Positions 37,489-46,751 of a stretch of DNA of 64,000 nucleotides are shown piece by piece (position 1 is the stretch's first letter; every line of letters starts with the position of its first letter). The notes beneath the pieces are model-generated. The model ran no database searches, was not told the origin of the DNA, and worked only from the letters and a program-made list of their open reading frames with translations. Origin of the DNA: an archaeon (lineage in GTDB: Archaea > Micrarchaeota > Micrarchaeia > Norongarragalinales > UBA97); NCBI GenBank assembly GCA_020057405.1, contig JAGVFW010000002.1, positions 1,621 through 65,620 on the forward strand. The letters are read 5' to 3'. The translations under genes were made by a program, and so were the position numbers.

Positions 37489-37775
37489 GCGTAGAGCACC
37501 TTGACTTCATCAGTAATTCTCTTTGCAATGTAGGGGCTGATGGACTTGTCTGTCAGAAGGTCTATTTTCTTGCCAGTTTTCTGAGCCAAGTCGTTCTCTA
37601 TGCGCACGAGCTCAAGCAGGCTTTTGGGTGCATCAAATTTGACGATGAGGTCAATGTCGCTATCCTTCCTTTCATCACCGCGCGCATGCGAGCCGAACAA
37701 CGAAATTTTTCGCGCGCCGTAACTAGATAGCACGGACACTATTTGCTTTGTCAGCAATTTTTTCATTTGCGTCAA
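37485..37775 (-). CDS. mnt: MNT-type minimal nucleotidyltransferase antitoxin
   Basis: 'LFGSHARGDERKDSDIDL' matches the GSx9-10DxD nucleotidyltransferase motif. 96 aa, upstream of and overlapping hepT. Confidence 0.85.
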   Translation of the reverse strand: MTQMKKLLTKQIVSVLSSYGARKISLFGSHARGDERKDSDIDLIVKFDAPKSLLELVRIENDLAQKTGKKIDLLTDKSISPYIAKRITDEVKVLYA

Positions 37776-37842
37776 CCTTTAGTATAACTTAGCGGCTGAG
37801 GCTATTAAAACCAGCTTTTCCCGTAGCCAAAAGCAAAGCGCT

Positions 37843-39063
37843 TCAGGCGACAATGCGTGGTTCGGGAACCGGAATGATGAACTTCCCGCCCCCAGCGCGG
37901 TAGGTGGAGAGCTGAGTCATAATCTCGTCAGCCAAGTTCCAGGCCAAAATGAGCACGTAGTCCGGCTTTCGCGCCATAATCTCTTCAGGAGGCACGACAG
38001 GCACGTGGTTGCCTGGCGCGTAGAGCCCCTGCTTTAGCGGGCTCTTGTCGGCAATGAAGTCAATAGTCTCCTTTCCGAGGCCGCAGTAGTTTAGAAGCGT
38101 GTTCCCCTTGGCAGCAGCGCCATAAGCCGCAACAGTCTTTCCCTGCGACTTGATTTCCCGCATGAGGCCAACGAGGCCATCCTTCAGGCTGTGAACCTTG
38201 GCGGCAAAAGCGTTCATCGCCGAAATGTCTGCAAGTCCGCTTGCGCGTTCCATCTCAAGAAGCGCGTCGACCGACTGTCCCTGCCGCGCCCCACCTGCAG
38301 TCTTCTTGACAAAAAGCAAAAGCGAGCCGCCGTGCATTGTCGTGCGGCGTGCCTCGACAATCACCATGCCGTGCATGTCAAAGAGCCGCACGAGTGGCGC
38401 GACGGCAAAGTAGGACAAGTGCTCGTGGTAAGTCGTGTCAAATTCCAGCTTGCCAACCATGTCGGCAAGGTAGGGAAACTCCAAAACGAGTGTGCCGTCG
38501 TCCGCAAGGAGGGCGCCGACGCCGTTAAGCAGGCCGTGCAGGTCGGGCACGTGGGCAAAGACATTGGTGCCAATGATTGCCGCCGCCCGGCCGCGCTCGA
38601 CCGCAATCGCTTTGGCGCTCTCCTCGTTGAAGAACTCGCAAATCGTCTCAACGCCGTTCTCGACCGCAATCTTCGCGACATTCTCGGCTGGCTCAACGCC
38701 AAGCGCTTTGATGCCGGTGCCAGCGAAGTTCTTCAAAAGCGTGCCGTCGTTGCTTGCAAACTCGACTACGAGGCTGCCCTTGGGTACCATTTCGACAATT
38801 TCGGCGGCAAGCTGTACGAAGTGAGCAGAGAGAGTTTTTGAAGTTGACGAAACGTAGAGGTAATTTCTAAACATCTTCTCAGGCGGTACGACGTAGCCGA
38901 GCTGCACGAGGCCGCAGACGGGGCACAGGCACAAGTCAAGGGGGAACTCCTCTTCCTTTCCCGTTAGCTGGCTTTCGCTAAGAAAAGAGTTTGCAAGCGG
39001 GGTCGGGCCGAGCTCGAGGAATTTCTCAACCTTGTCGCTTGAGCAAATGCGGCACGTAACCAT
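37843..39063 (-). CDS. NDP-hexose C-methyltransferase-like (paralog of the protein encoded at 29139-30383)
   Basis: 'CRICSSDKVEKFLELGPTPLANSFL...CPVCGLVQLGYVVPPEKMFRNYLYVSSTSKTLSAHF' is collinear with 'CRGCHSTGVTPFLDLGAMPLAGGFL...CKTCSLVQVLDVVDADTLFKNYFYLSSVTKTLSSHF'. The start is taken at ATG 39063, preceded by AAGGA. Confidence 0.7.
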   Translation of the reverse strand: MVTCRICSSDKVEKFLELGPTPLANSFLSESQLTGKEEEFPLDLCLCPVCGLVQLGYVVPPEKMFRNYLYVSSTSKTLSAHFVQLAAEIVEMVPKGSLVVEFASNDGTLLKNFAGTGIKALGVEPAENVAKIAVENGVETICEFFNEESAKAIAVERGRAAAIIGTNVFAHVPDLHGLLNGVGALLADDGTLVLEFPYLADMVGKLEFDTTYHEHLSYFAVAPLVRLFDMHGMVIVEARRTTMHGGSLLLFVKKTAGGARQGQSVDALLEMERASGLADISAMNAFAAKVHSLKDGLVGLMREIKSQGKTVAAYGAAAKGNTLLNYCGLGKETIDFIADKSPLKQGLYAPGNHVPVVPPEEIMARKPDYVLILAWNLADEIMTQLSTYRAGGGKFIIPVPEPRIVA

Positions 39064-39070
39064 CCTTAAC

Positions 39071-40414
39071 TCAGCCCCTGCCAATTGGGAAAACTTGCGC
39101 CTTGCTATAATCCGCACCGTCAAGCAAGCGCCTGCAGTCGACGATGACCGGCGTTTTCATTAGCTTGATGAACTCATCCTGCGGGAGCTTGAACTCCGGC
39201 CACGCGGTCAAAATCATTGCAACGTCAGCGCCAGTTAGGGCCGCCTGCGGCGTCGCTGCAAACGAGAGGTTCGTTTGCGCGCCCAGTTCCCGCGCGCCAT
39301 TTGCCTGCGCTTGCGGGTCGGCTGCAACTACGGTTGCCTCTTTGGCAAGTAGCATTGGAATGATGTAGAGCGACGCCGACTCGCGCACGTCATCAGTAAA
39401 CGGCTTGAATGCCAGGCCGAGGACAGCAACTTTCTTTCCGGCCAGGGACCCGCCGCACGCTTTTTGCGCAAGTGCCACGGCCGCCTTTCGCGCCCGCGCG
39501 TTTTCCTCAAGAACCGCCTCAAGCAATGGCGCGCCAAAGCCGGCTTCCTTTGCGTAAGCCGCAAGTGCCGCAACGTCTTTGGGGAAGCACGAGCCGCCAA
39601 AACCGGCGCCTGTTCGCAAGTAAGAGGTCCAGCCTAGGGTGGGCTTGCCGTCGCTTGTGATGCGCCTGTCAAATTCGACTGACTTTAGGACTTCGATGGC
39701 ATCCACGCCCGGATGCTTCTCCGCAACGCGAGCAATCTCGTTGCTGTAGGAAATGAGCGTCGCAAACAAGCTGTTGGCGGCGTACTTGATGAGTTCCGCA
39801 GTTTCAAGCCCGTAGTGAAGCATTGGTGCTTTGAGGGGCGCGTAGATTTCTTCCGCAGTCTTGCCGCTCTTGGCGTCCAACTCGCCGATGACCACGCGGT
39901 CGGCGTTGGCAAAGTCCTCGACGGCATTTCCCTCGCGCAGGAATTCGGGCGTCATGCACAGGCCGAAGTCCTTTCCGGCCTTTTTGCCGCTAGCTTTTTC
40001 GATTGCCGGCAAGACAAGCTTGCGGGTAGTGCCGGGCAGCACCGTGCTTCGGATGATTACTAGCTTGTAGCCGGTCGTCTTTGCGATTGCCGCGCCGATT
40101 TGGCCCGAGACCGCCTCGATTTGGCTCAAGTCAATGCTGCCGTCTTGCCGCGAGGGAGTGCCGACGCACACGAGCACTGCATCGGCTGGCTCGCAGGCTG
40201 CCTTCAGGTCGGTTGTTGCAGTGAGTTTGTCTGACTTGACTGCCGCCATGAGCACTTCGGCCAGCCCCGGTTCGCTGATGTGGGGCTTGCCTTCGGCAGT
40301 CATCTTGACAACTGCTTCCCGTGAGTCGACACAAACGACTTCGTGGCCAAGTTTTGCCAAGCACGCGCCAGTGACAGTGCCGACATAACCCGTGCCGATG
40401 ACTGCAATCTTCAT
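39071..40414 (-). CDS. nucleotide-sugar dehydrogenase (UDP-glucose/GDP-mannose dehydrogenase family; possibly UDP-ManNAc/UDP-GlcNAc 6-dehydrogenase)
   Basis: 'MKIAVIGTGYVGTVTGACLAKLGHEV', 'CVGTP' and 'GFGGSCFPKD' catalytic-Cys region. The start is taken at 40414. Confidence 0.8.
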   Translation of the reverse strand: MKIAVIGTGYVGTVTGACLAKLGHEVVCVDSREAVVKMTAEGKPHISEPGLAEVLMAAVKSDKLTATTDLKAACEPADAVLVCVGTPSRQDGSIDLSQIEAVSGQIGAAIAKTTGYKLVIIRSTVLPGTTRKLVLPAIEKASGKKAGKDFGLCMTPEFLREGNAVEDFANADRVVIGELDAKSGKTAEEIYAPLKAPMLHYGLETAELIKYAANSLFATLISYSNEIARVAEKHPGVDAIEVLKSVEFDRRITSDGKPTLGWTSYLRTGAGFGGSCFPKDVAALAAYAKEAGFGAPLLEAVLEENARARKAAVALAQKACGGSLAGKKVAVLGLAFKPFTDDVRESASLYIIPMLLAKEATVVAADPQAQANGARELGAQTNLSFAATPQAALTGADVAMILTAWPEFKLPQDEFIKLMKTPVIVDCRRLLDGADYSKAQVFPIGRG

Positions 40415-40419
40415 TTTCT

Positions 40420-41469
40420 TCACTTCCACTCCGTCTTTGCCCACTCGAGCATGCGGGCAAGGCCGGCTTTCAGTACAATCTTTGGTTCGTAGCCGAGTTT
40501 GCGGACTTTTGCCAAGTTTGGCGCGCGGCGCTTGGGGTTGTCGGCCAAGTAATCCGCTTCAGCACTCTTCTTGAACTCAACAGGCAGGCCGCCGGAAACT
40601 TCGGAAACTGCTTTTGCAAACTCAGCCATCGAAATTTCCTGCATGTCGTTGCCGACGTTGAACGGCTCTCCGCTGTGATCGCTTAGAAACACTCGCAAAA
40701 AGCCATCAATGGCGTCCGCAATGTAGCAGAAGCTTCGCGTGTCGGTGCCAGTGCTAAGGAGCACGAGCGGCTTTCCGTCAACCGCGTTGGCGATTAAGTC
40801 GGGCACCACCCTGCCGTCGTCCTTTCGCATGCCAGGGCCGTAGACGTTGAAGGGCCGCACAATTTTGCTCGGCACGCCGTACTGTTGGTTGAAGTAAACG
40901 CATAGCGTCTCGCCGTAGCGCTTTGACTCGTCGTAGCACGCGCGGGGCCCAGTGCAGGAGACAAAGCCGCGGTAGTCTTCTGCCGTCGGGATGTTTGCCG
41001 CGTCGGGGTCGCCGTAAATCTCGCTTGAGCTGAAGTAAAGCAGGCTCTTGACGCCGTGTTCGCGTGAGTACTCAAGCAAATGCCGTGTTCCAACGACGTT
41101 GACGTCCATAGTGTCAATCGGGTACTTGCGGTAGGTAATCGGGCTTGCGATGCCGGCAGCGTGGATGATGTAATCCGCATTTACGCCGGCAGGCAGGGGC
41201 TTTCGCACGTCGTGGCTAAGGAAAGTGAAGAAGGGCTTTCCCTTTAAGTGGTCAAGGCGGTTTGGAATGCCCCCTGCCATGTTGTCTAGTGCGACGATGT
41301 TGACTGCTACGCCAGCGTCATTTAGGGCGGCGAGCGTGTCAACCATGTAGGAGCCGAGCATGCCAACTGCACCAGTGACTAGGACGGTCTTGCCGTCTAG
41401 CTTGCGTGCCATGGGCAGGATGCTCTTTGCGATTGCTGCGCAGTCTTCGACAACGATTCGGGAAACCAT
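40420..41469 (-). CDS. NAD-dependent nucleotide-sugar epimerase/dehydratase (extended SDR)
   Basis: 'KTVLVTGAVGMLGSYMV' plus a YxxxK motif. The alternative start MARKLDGK at 41412 is more canonical. Confidence 0.8.
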   Translation of the reverse strand: MVSRIVVEDCAAIAKSILPMARKLDGKTVLVTGAVGMLGSYMVDTLAALNDAGVAVNIVALDNMAGGIPNRLDHLKGKPFFTFLSHDVRKPLPAGVNADYIIHAAGIASPITYRKYPIDTMDVNVVGTRHLLEYSREHGVKSLLYFSSSEIYGDPDAANIPTAEDYRGFVSCTGPRACYDESKRYGETLCVYFNQQYGVPSKIVRPFNVYGPGMRKDDGRVVPDLIANAVDGKPLVLLSTGTDTRSFCYIADAIDGFLRVFLSDHSGEPFNVGNDMQEISMAEFAKAVSEVSGGLPVEFKKSAEADYLADNPKRRAPNLAKVRKLGYEPKIVLKAGLARMLEWAKTEWK

Positions 41470-41556
41470 TGGCCTATCCCCTCACAAATTCAAAAGTGCC
41501 CTACAAACAGGTTAGTCGAATACTGTATTTTAAAGGTGCAGGGAGTGAGAAACTTT

Positions 41557-42255
41557 ATGGTAACCCTTAGCATCGTCACGTCAGTCTACAACGAGGAGGA
41601 CATCGTAGAGAAGTTCCTCGGCCGACTGCTTGCAGTGCGCATTCCCGACGCGGGGGTAGAGTTCGTCGTTGTCGACAACGGCAGCACCGACGGCACGCAC
41701 GCCATCCTCGAGCGGCTGGCGAAAAAACACGGCTTCAACCTCATCACCAATCCCTCGCCCTCAAAGGGCTTGACGCACGGAGTGATTACCGGCATCCGCG
41801 CGGCAAAAGGCGATTACGTCTGCATCATTAGAAGCGACTTTCAGGAAGACCCTGACGACATCCCGCCAGTTTTCGCAAAAATGCGTGCCGAGGGCCTTGG
41901 CCACATCATCGGCTGGCGAAAAGACAGGCACGACCCGTTCCCGCGCCTTGTCACGGCATTTCTCTACGTCAACCTCGTGCGCCTGCTGCACGGTTTCAAG
42001 CTGCCCGACATCAACGGCGCGCCCCGCATTTTCAAGGCAGAGTATTTCAAGAACTACGAGTTTCAGTCCCGCGGCATCATCATCGACGTCGAGACGCTCT
42101 GGCGCGTTCGCAAGAAGGGTGGCAAGCTCGGCTTCGCAGTCGTAAGGCATTACCCGCGCACAACGGGCAACAGTTTTGTCAAGCCCGGCACGGTTCTCGA
42201 GATTTTCGCAGACTTGATGGACTTCACCCTCAAGGCTTGGTTTTCAAAAGACTAA
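41557..42255 (+). CDS. GT2 dolichyl-phosphate hexose synthase-like
   Basis: 'LSIVTSVYNEEDIVEKFL...EFVVVDNGSTDGTHAILERL'. ATG 41557 lies about 25 nt downstream of the 'gtattttaaagg' TATA element. Confidence 0.8.
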   Translation: MVTLSIVTSVYNEEDIVEKFLGRLLAVRIPDAGVEFVVVDNGSTDGTHAILERLAKKHGFNLITNPSPSKGLTHGVITGIRAAKGDYVCIIRSDFQEDPDDIPPVFAKMRAEGLGHIIGWRKDRHDPFPRLVTAFLYVNLVRLLHGFKLPDINGAPRIFKAEYFKNYEFQSRGIIIDVETLWRVRKKGGKLGFAVVRHYPRTTGNSFVKPGTVLEIFADLMDFTLKAWFSKD

Positions 42256-42282
42256 ATTAGCGGCAAAAGAAATTCGATTTGC

Positions 42283-43191
42283 TTAAACTTTCTTTGCGAC
42301 TAGCAGGTACGTCCCGCCCTTGCCTACCAGACTTTCGGCAACCGCGGGGATTGTGAAAATCACCCGGCCAAGCGCCTTTAGCGCAGGATTGCCCTCGCCA
42401 GACATTCCAGAACGCAAGTGCAGCAAGTTTAGCACGCTCATGCCGATGCCCCACGCGTTGTAGTCATTCATGAATTGGTCGATTGACGTGGTTCGGAAGC
42501 CCTGCTCGCCCAAGCGCTTTGACAATTCCATTGGCGGCACGAGAATCAAGTGGCGTGGCGCGTCAAGGTGCGCCCAGAACCGCTTGAAGAGCCGGCCCTG
42601 GAGGCTCTCGGGGTTTGGCACTGCGATGAACAAGAGTCCGCCGGGCTTTAGGAGAGAGTGGGCTTTTGACGTTGCCGCAAAGGCGTTTGGAAGATGCTCT
42701 AGCGAGTGCCAGAAAGTTATTGCGTCAAAGAATTCGCGATTGAAGTGCGACTTGAGGAAATCGCCTTGCTCGACTTCGCCGAACTCCCTGCACTTTTTCG
42801 CACCATCTGGCGAAAATTCGTTGCCAAACGGCTCCATGCCGGCATTCTTGCACTCGGCCATGAAACCCCCCTGGCCGCTGCCGACGTCGAGGATTTTCTT
42901 GCCCTTGACGTCATTTCCAAGCGCCTTTAGGACTTTGCTGATTTTCTCGCGTTCAAGCGCCATTACCTCGGCCTCACCGACGCCCTTCCTGAAGAAGCGG
43001 TACTGCGAGTAGCGGGTGGGGTAGTGCTTTGAGATGTCCGCCGGCACTTTCTCAATGTAGACCGTGCCGCAGGCGACGCACTTGCGGTAGCTGAACTCCT
43101 CTTTGGAGGCCGCCTGGTTGTAGTCAATCGAGGTTGCCCACCTGCTGCTTCGCTTTGAGCCGCACGCAGGGCAGGAAAAATCGCTTGCCAT
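42283..43191 (-). CDS. class I SAM-dependent methyltransferase with an N-terminal zinc-ribbon
   Basis: 'CPACGS...CVACG' 4-Cys ribbon, then 'ILDVGSGQGGFMAECKNAGM' SAM motif I. The start is taken at ATG 43191. Confidence 0.75.
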   Translation of the reverse strand: MASDFSCPACGSKRSSRWATSIDYNQAASKEEFSYRKCVACGTVYIEKVPADISKHYPTRYSQYRFFRKGVGEAEVMALEREKISKVLKALGNDVKGKKILDVGSGQGGFMAECKNAGMEPFGNEFSPDGAKKCREFGEVEQGDFLKSHFNREFFDAITFWHSLEHLPNAFAATSKAHSLLKPGGLLFIAVPNPESLQGRLFKRFWAHLDAPRHLILVPPMELSKRLGEQGFRTTSIDQFMNDYNAWGIGMSVLNLLHLRSGMSGEGNPALKALGRVIFTIPAVAESLVGKGGTYLLVAKKV

Positions 43192-43243
43192 GACTAGAAC
43201 TGTCCCTCCACACTTTAAATAGTTAGCAGGGAAAACACTGTTT
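43192..43243. promoter_or_regulatory. divergent promoter region with an archaeal TATA box 'CTTTAAATAG'
   Basis: TATA-like 'cactttaaatagtta' lies about 25-30 nt from both flanking start codons (43191 on - and 43244 on +). The same 10-mer occurs upstream of the GT4 operon at 13504-13513. Confidence 0.5.
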
Positions 43244-44401
43244 ATGGGCAAGTTACGAATCGCACTCTACCAGCCGTGGGTCTACCAGAAGGGCGGCATG
43301 GAGCGCGTCATCCTCGAAATGACTTCGCCCAAGAGCCGCCACGACTGGACGATATTCACCAACCACTACGACCCAAAAGGCACTTTCGAGGAATTCAAGA
43401 ACCGCAAAGTCGTCGAGCTCAAGCGCGTCTCCGTTCGCCGGACTCCACTAGACCTGCTCAAAGTCACGGCCATAATCGCAGCCCAGAAGCTGCCGCTTGA
43501 CGGTTTTGATGTTCTCGTCGTCTCAACCGCGGGCTTTGGCGAGTTCATCACCCTTCGCAACCACTCCCTGCCAATCGCCTGCTTTTGCCACACGCCCCTG
43601 CGCGTGATTCACGACCCGGCGGCGCACCACGACCTGCTAAAGCACAAGATGCACACGCTGCCAGCCTACCTTGCCTTCGAGGCAGCCTACCGGGCGCTTG
43701 AAAAGCGCGCGTGGAAGCACTTTTCAAAAGTCGCGTGCAATAGCCTCGAGACCCGCCGCCGCATACTTAGGGCCGGGCTTGCATATGAAAAAGACATCAT
43801 CATCGCCCACCCGGGCGTCCACGTTTCTGGCTTCAAGCCGTCAAAGGAGTTCGGCAAGTATTTCTTCCTGCCAGGCCGTATCTCAAAACTCAAGAACAAC
43901 CTGCTTGCCATCGAGGCGTTCAAACAATTCCGAGTCAAGGCACCCCGGGCGGCCAAGGGATTAAAGCTAGTTATCGCCGGTGGCGTTGGCGAAAAGGACT
44001 TGCCGTACCTCAAGGAACTCAAAGCCGCCGCAGGCAACGACAAATCCATTATCTTCCGCACCGACGTTTCCGACAAGGAGCTCTTCAGCCTCTACGGCGG
44101 CAGCTTCGCAGTCCTCTTCACGGCCTTAAACGAGGATTGGGGCATCGTGCCCCTTGAGGCAATGGCGTTTGGCAAGCCCGTAATCGCAGTCAACGAGGGC
44201 GGGCCGCGCGAGAGCGTGATTGACGGCAAGACTGGCTTTCTTGTTCCCGGCACGTCGGCGGCATTCGCAGGCGCAATGGCCGACTTGGCCAAAAACCCGA
44301 GCAAGGCAAGGAAGATGGGCGCAAACGGCAGGCAACACGTCGGAAAGTTTGACTGGAGCTATTTTGTTTCCGCAATCGACTCGATGGTAGAAGGGGCCTG
44401 A
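43244..44401 (+). CDS. GT4 glycosyltransferase
   Basis: 'NEDWGIVPLEAMAFGKPVIAVNEGGPRESVIDGKTGFL'. Confidence 0.85.
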   Translation: MGKLRIALYQPWVYQKGGMERVILEMTSPKSRHDWTIFTNHYDPKGTFEEFKNRKVVELKRVSVRRTPLDLLKVTAIIAAQKLPLDGFDVLVVSTAGFGEFITLRNHSLPIACFCHTPLRVIHDPAAHHDLLKHKMHTLPAYLAFEAAYRALEKRAWKHFSKVACNSLETRRRILRAGLAYEKDIIIAHPGVHVSGFKPSKEFGKYFFLPGRISKLKNNLLAIEAFKQFRVKAPRAAKGLKLVIAGGVGEKDLPYLKELKAAAGNDKSIIFRTDVSDKELFSLYGGSFAVLFTALNEDWGIVPLEAMAFGKPVIAVNEGGPRESVIDGKTGFLVPGTSAAFAGAMADLAKNPSKARKMGANGRQHVGKFDWSYFVSAIDSMVEGA

Positions 44402-44444
44402 AAGCGCGGTATATAAGTTTTTTGAGCCAAAAGTTGTTTATCAA

Positions 44445-45458
44445 ATGATGAAAGCTAACGAAGCGTATTGGAAGGACAAGCGCGTGCTCATCACCGGCAT
44501 TACCGGAATGGCCGGCTCGTGGCTAGCAGAAGCGCTCCTGCCACTCGGCGCTAAAGTTTACGGCACCGTCAGGCGCCATGCAGTTCCAAACTTCGACAAC
44601 CTCGACGCGGTAATCGACAAGGTCAACCTCGTCGGTGCGGACCTAAGTGACATGCGCAGCCTCTACGACGCGCTCAAGAAGAGCGAGGCCGAAGTTGTCT
44701 TCCACCTAGCGGCCCAGAGCTTCGTGCCGCAGAGCTTCCGCGCTCCAATTGACACTTACCAGACTAACGTAATCGGCACGGTAAACGTGCTTGAGGCAGT
44801 CCGCCTTTACGATGGCATCGAAAAGATGCAGTTTGCCGGCTCAAGCGAGGAATACGGCCTTGTGCTGCCCGACGAAGTGCCCATCCGCGAGACCAACCCG
44901 CTTCGCCCGCTCTCGCCCTACGCCGTCACCAAAGTTGCCGGCGACTTTGCCTGCTACAACCACTTCAAGTCCTACGGCGTGCCCGTAGTCCGCACGCGCG
45001 GCTTCAACCACACCGGTCCCAGACGCGGCCAGTCTTTCGTCACCGCAACCGTCGCAAGGCAGGCAGCTGAAATGAAGCTCGGCAAGCGCGACGCTTTCGA
45101 GCTTGGCAACATGGACGCCCAGCGCGACTTTAGCGACGTGCGCGACATCGTCCTAGGGTACATGCTGGCGATTGAGAAGGCCGAGAAGGGCGAAGTGTAC
45201 AATTTGTGCAGCGGCAAGTCCTACAGCATCAAGCAATTAGTCGAACTCGCCTGCAAGCTCACCGGCGTTGCCAACAAAGTCCGCCAGGACCCGACCAAGA
45301 TGCGCCCCAGCGACGTTCCAGTCCTCCAAGGCGACTGCACCAAGGCGCAAAAGGCCTTCGGCTACTCTCCAACTATTCCCTTCGAAAAGACCTTCGCCGA
45401 CCTCCTAGAGTGGCAAACGAAGAACGTCGCTTCAGGAAAGTCAATGCTGGTCGTTTAG
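44445..45458 (+). CDS. gmd: GDP-mannose 4,6-dehydratase-like (extended SDR)
   Basis: 'RVLITGITGMAGSWLAEALL' resembles the Gmd 'ITGITGQDGSYLAEFLL' motif. TATA 'ggtatataag' about 30 nt upstream. Confidence 0.65.
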   Translation: MMKANEAYWKDKRVLITGITGMAGSWLAEALLPLGAKVYGTVRRHAVPNFDNLDAVIDKVNLVGADLSDMRSLYDALKKSEAEVVFHLAAQSFVPQSFRAPIDTYQTNVIGTVNVLEAVRLYDGIEKMQFAGSSEEYGLVLPDEVPIRETNPLRPLSPYAVTKVAGDFACYNHFKSYGVPVVRTRGFNHTGPRRGQSFVTATVARQAAEMKLGKRDAFELGNMDAQRDFSDVRDIVLGYMLAIEKAEKGEVYNLCSGKSYSIKQLVELACKLTGVANKVRQDPTKMRPSDVPVLQGDCTKAQKAFGYSPTIPFEKTFADLLEWQTKNVASGKSMLVV

Positions 45459-45515
45459 AAGAAACTAGCGTCCAATCTAGAAAGATACGCGAACTTTAGA
45501 CTTCCCTAACTTGAG

Positions 45516-45965
45516 TTATGCTATTCCAAACCCAAAAAATGTTTTTAGGAAGTCGAGTATTGAATCTAACGTGCTGCGTTGTCTTTGTTGTTCCTTTTTT
45601 ATTTCTTCAACTTCTTGGCGCAGTTGTTTTGTTTCTGATTTTGGAATAGGCTCGTAGGTAACCGTGGGAGTTGGCGTATTAGAGACTGATGGCGCGGGTT
45701 CCATTGTTGGCCTTGATGTAGGTGAAGGAACCGGCGTACTAGTGGCTGATGGTTTCGGTGTTGGCGAAGCTGGCTGTAAAGTTGATTTTCCATTCAGACA
45801 ATATTCGTTATCTGGGCACTGGGAACAATAGCCCCAATCTCCACACGTATAACTTCCACTGTCAGAAATGCAGCTGTGCCACCTATGGCAGCCATTCTGG
45901 TGTGCTAAAGAAAAGGTTACGAAAATCAAGAGTAGCGCTAAAATTACTTTTCTTAGGATAGTCAT
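45516..45965 (-). CDS. small secreted Cys-rich protein with a PT-rich linker and a charged C-terminal helix
   Basis: Signal 'MTILRKVILALLLIFVTFSLA', then 8 Cys in 40 aa, 'PTPKPSATSTPVPSPTSRPT...', and 'LRQEVEEIKKEQQRQR'. Locally low GC. Confidence 0.5.
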   Translation of the reverse strand: MTILRKVILALLLIFVTFSLAHQNGCHRWHSCISDSGSYTCGDWGYCSQCPDNEYCLNGKSTLQPASPTPKPSATSTPVPSPTSRPTMEPAPSVSNTPTPTVTYEPIPKSETKQLRQEVEEIKKEQQRQRSTLDSILDFLKTFFGFGIA

Positions 45966-46676
45966 TTAGTGCCCTTCACTTTCAGCCACTAGCGTGGTTG
46001 CGCGCAAAAGGCTGGGGAAAGTTCCCGCGTCGGTCCAGTAGCCTTTGAGTTGGGCGTGGGCGAGCTTGCCTTGCTTGATGTAGTGGTTGTTGACATCCGT
46101 AATCTCGAGCTCGCCGCGGGCGCTGGGCTTGAGCGTCTTGACGATTTGAAAGACCGTCTTGTCGTAAACGTAGATGCCCGTGACGGCGAAGTTGCTCGCC
46201 GGTGACTTCGGCTTTTCGTCAATGCGGGTTATCTTCCCGCCCTCAATTACGGGCACGCCGAAGCGATGTGGGTCCGGAACTTCCTTGATGAAGACAAGCG
46301 CGCCGCCCTTGAAGGCCTTGATTGCCGGGCCGATGTCGTCCTGCACGATGTTGTCGCCTAGGATGACGACGCAATTGTCATCGCCGACGAAGTCAGCGCC
46401 AAGGCCGAGCGCCTGCGCGATGCCGCCCGCTTCGTCCTGCACGCGGTAGGTAAAGTGCATGCCGAATTCCTTGCCACTGCCTAGAAGCTTGAGAAAGTCG
46501 CCAGCGCTCTCTGCGCCAGTGACGATGAGCACGTTAGTCACGCCTGCCTTTTTCAGCGTCTGGATGGGGTAGTAAATCATGGGCTTGTCGTGGACTGGCA
46601 GCAAGTGCTTGTTGGTGACTCTAGTGATTGGAGCTAGGCGCGAGCCAGTACCGCCAGCAAGAATGATTCCCTTCAT
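45966..46676 (-). CDS. rmlA: glucose-1-phosphate thymidylyltransferase (short form)
   Basis: 'MKGIILAGGTGSRLAPITRVTNKHLLPVHDKPMIYYPIQTL' is the RmlA signature. Confidence 0.85.
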   Translation of the reverse strand: MKGIILAGGTGSRLAPITRVTNKHLLPVHDKPMIYYPIQTLKKAGVTNVLIVTGAESAGDFLKLLGSGKEFGMHFTYRVQDEAGGIAQALGLGADFVGDDNCVVILGDNIVQDDIGPAIKAFKGGALVFIKEVPDPHRFGVPVIEGGKITRIDEKPKSPASNFAVTGIYVYDKTVFQIVKTLKPSARGELEITDVNNHYIKQGKLAHAQLKGYWTDAGTFPSLLRATTLVAESEGH

Positions 46677-46751
46677 TTATTGGTCTAATATCAAGTAGGT
46701 AATGCGAAGGTATTAACGCTTTGGGAAGCATACTTTTTTCGGTGAAAAGTG

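Noticed and set aside
38191-38841. 216-aa + strand ORF (and several 60-110-aa ORFs) inside the methyltransferase paralog gene
   Set aside because: Antisense and overlapping shadow ORFs. The - strand product is collinear with its paralog encoded at 29139-30383.
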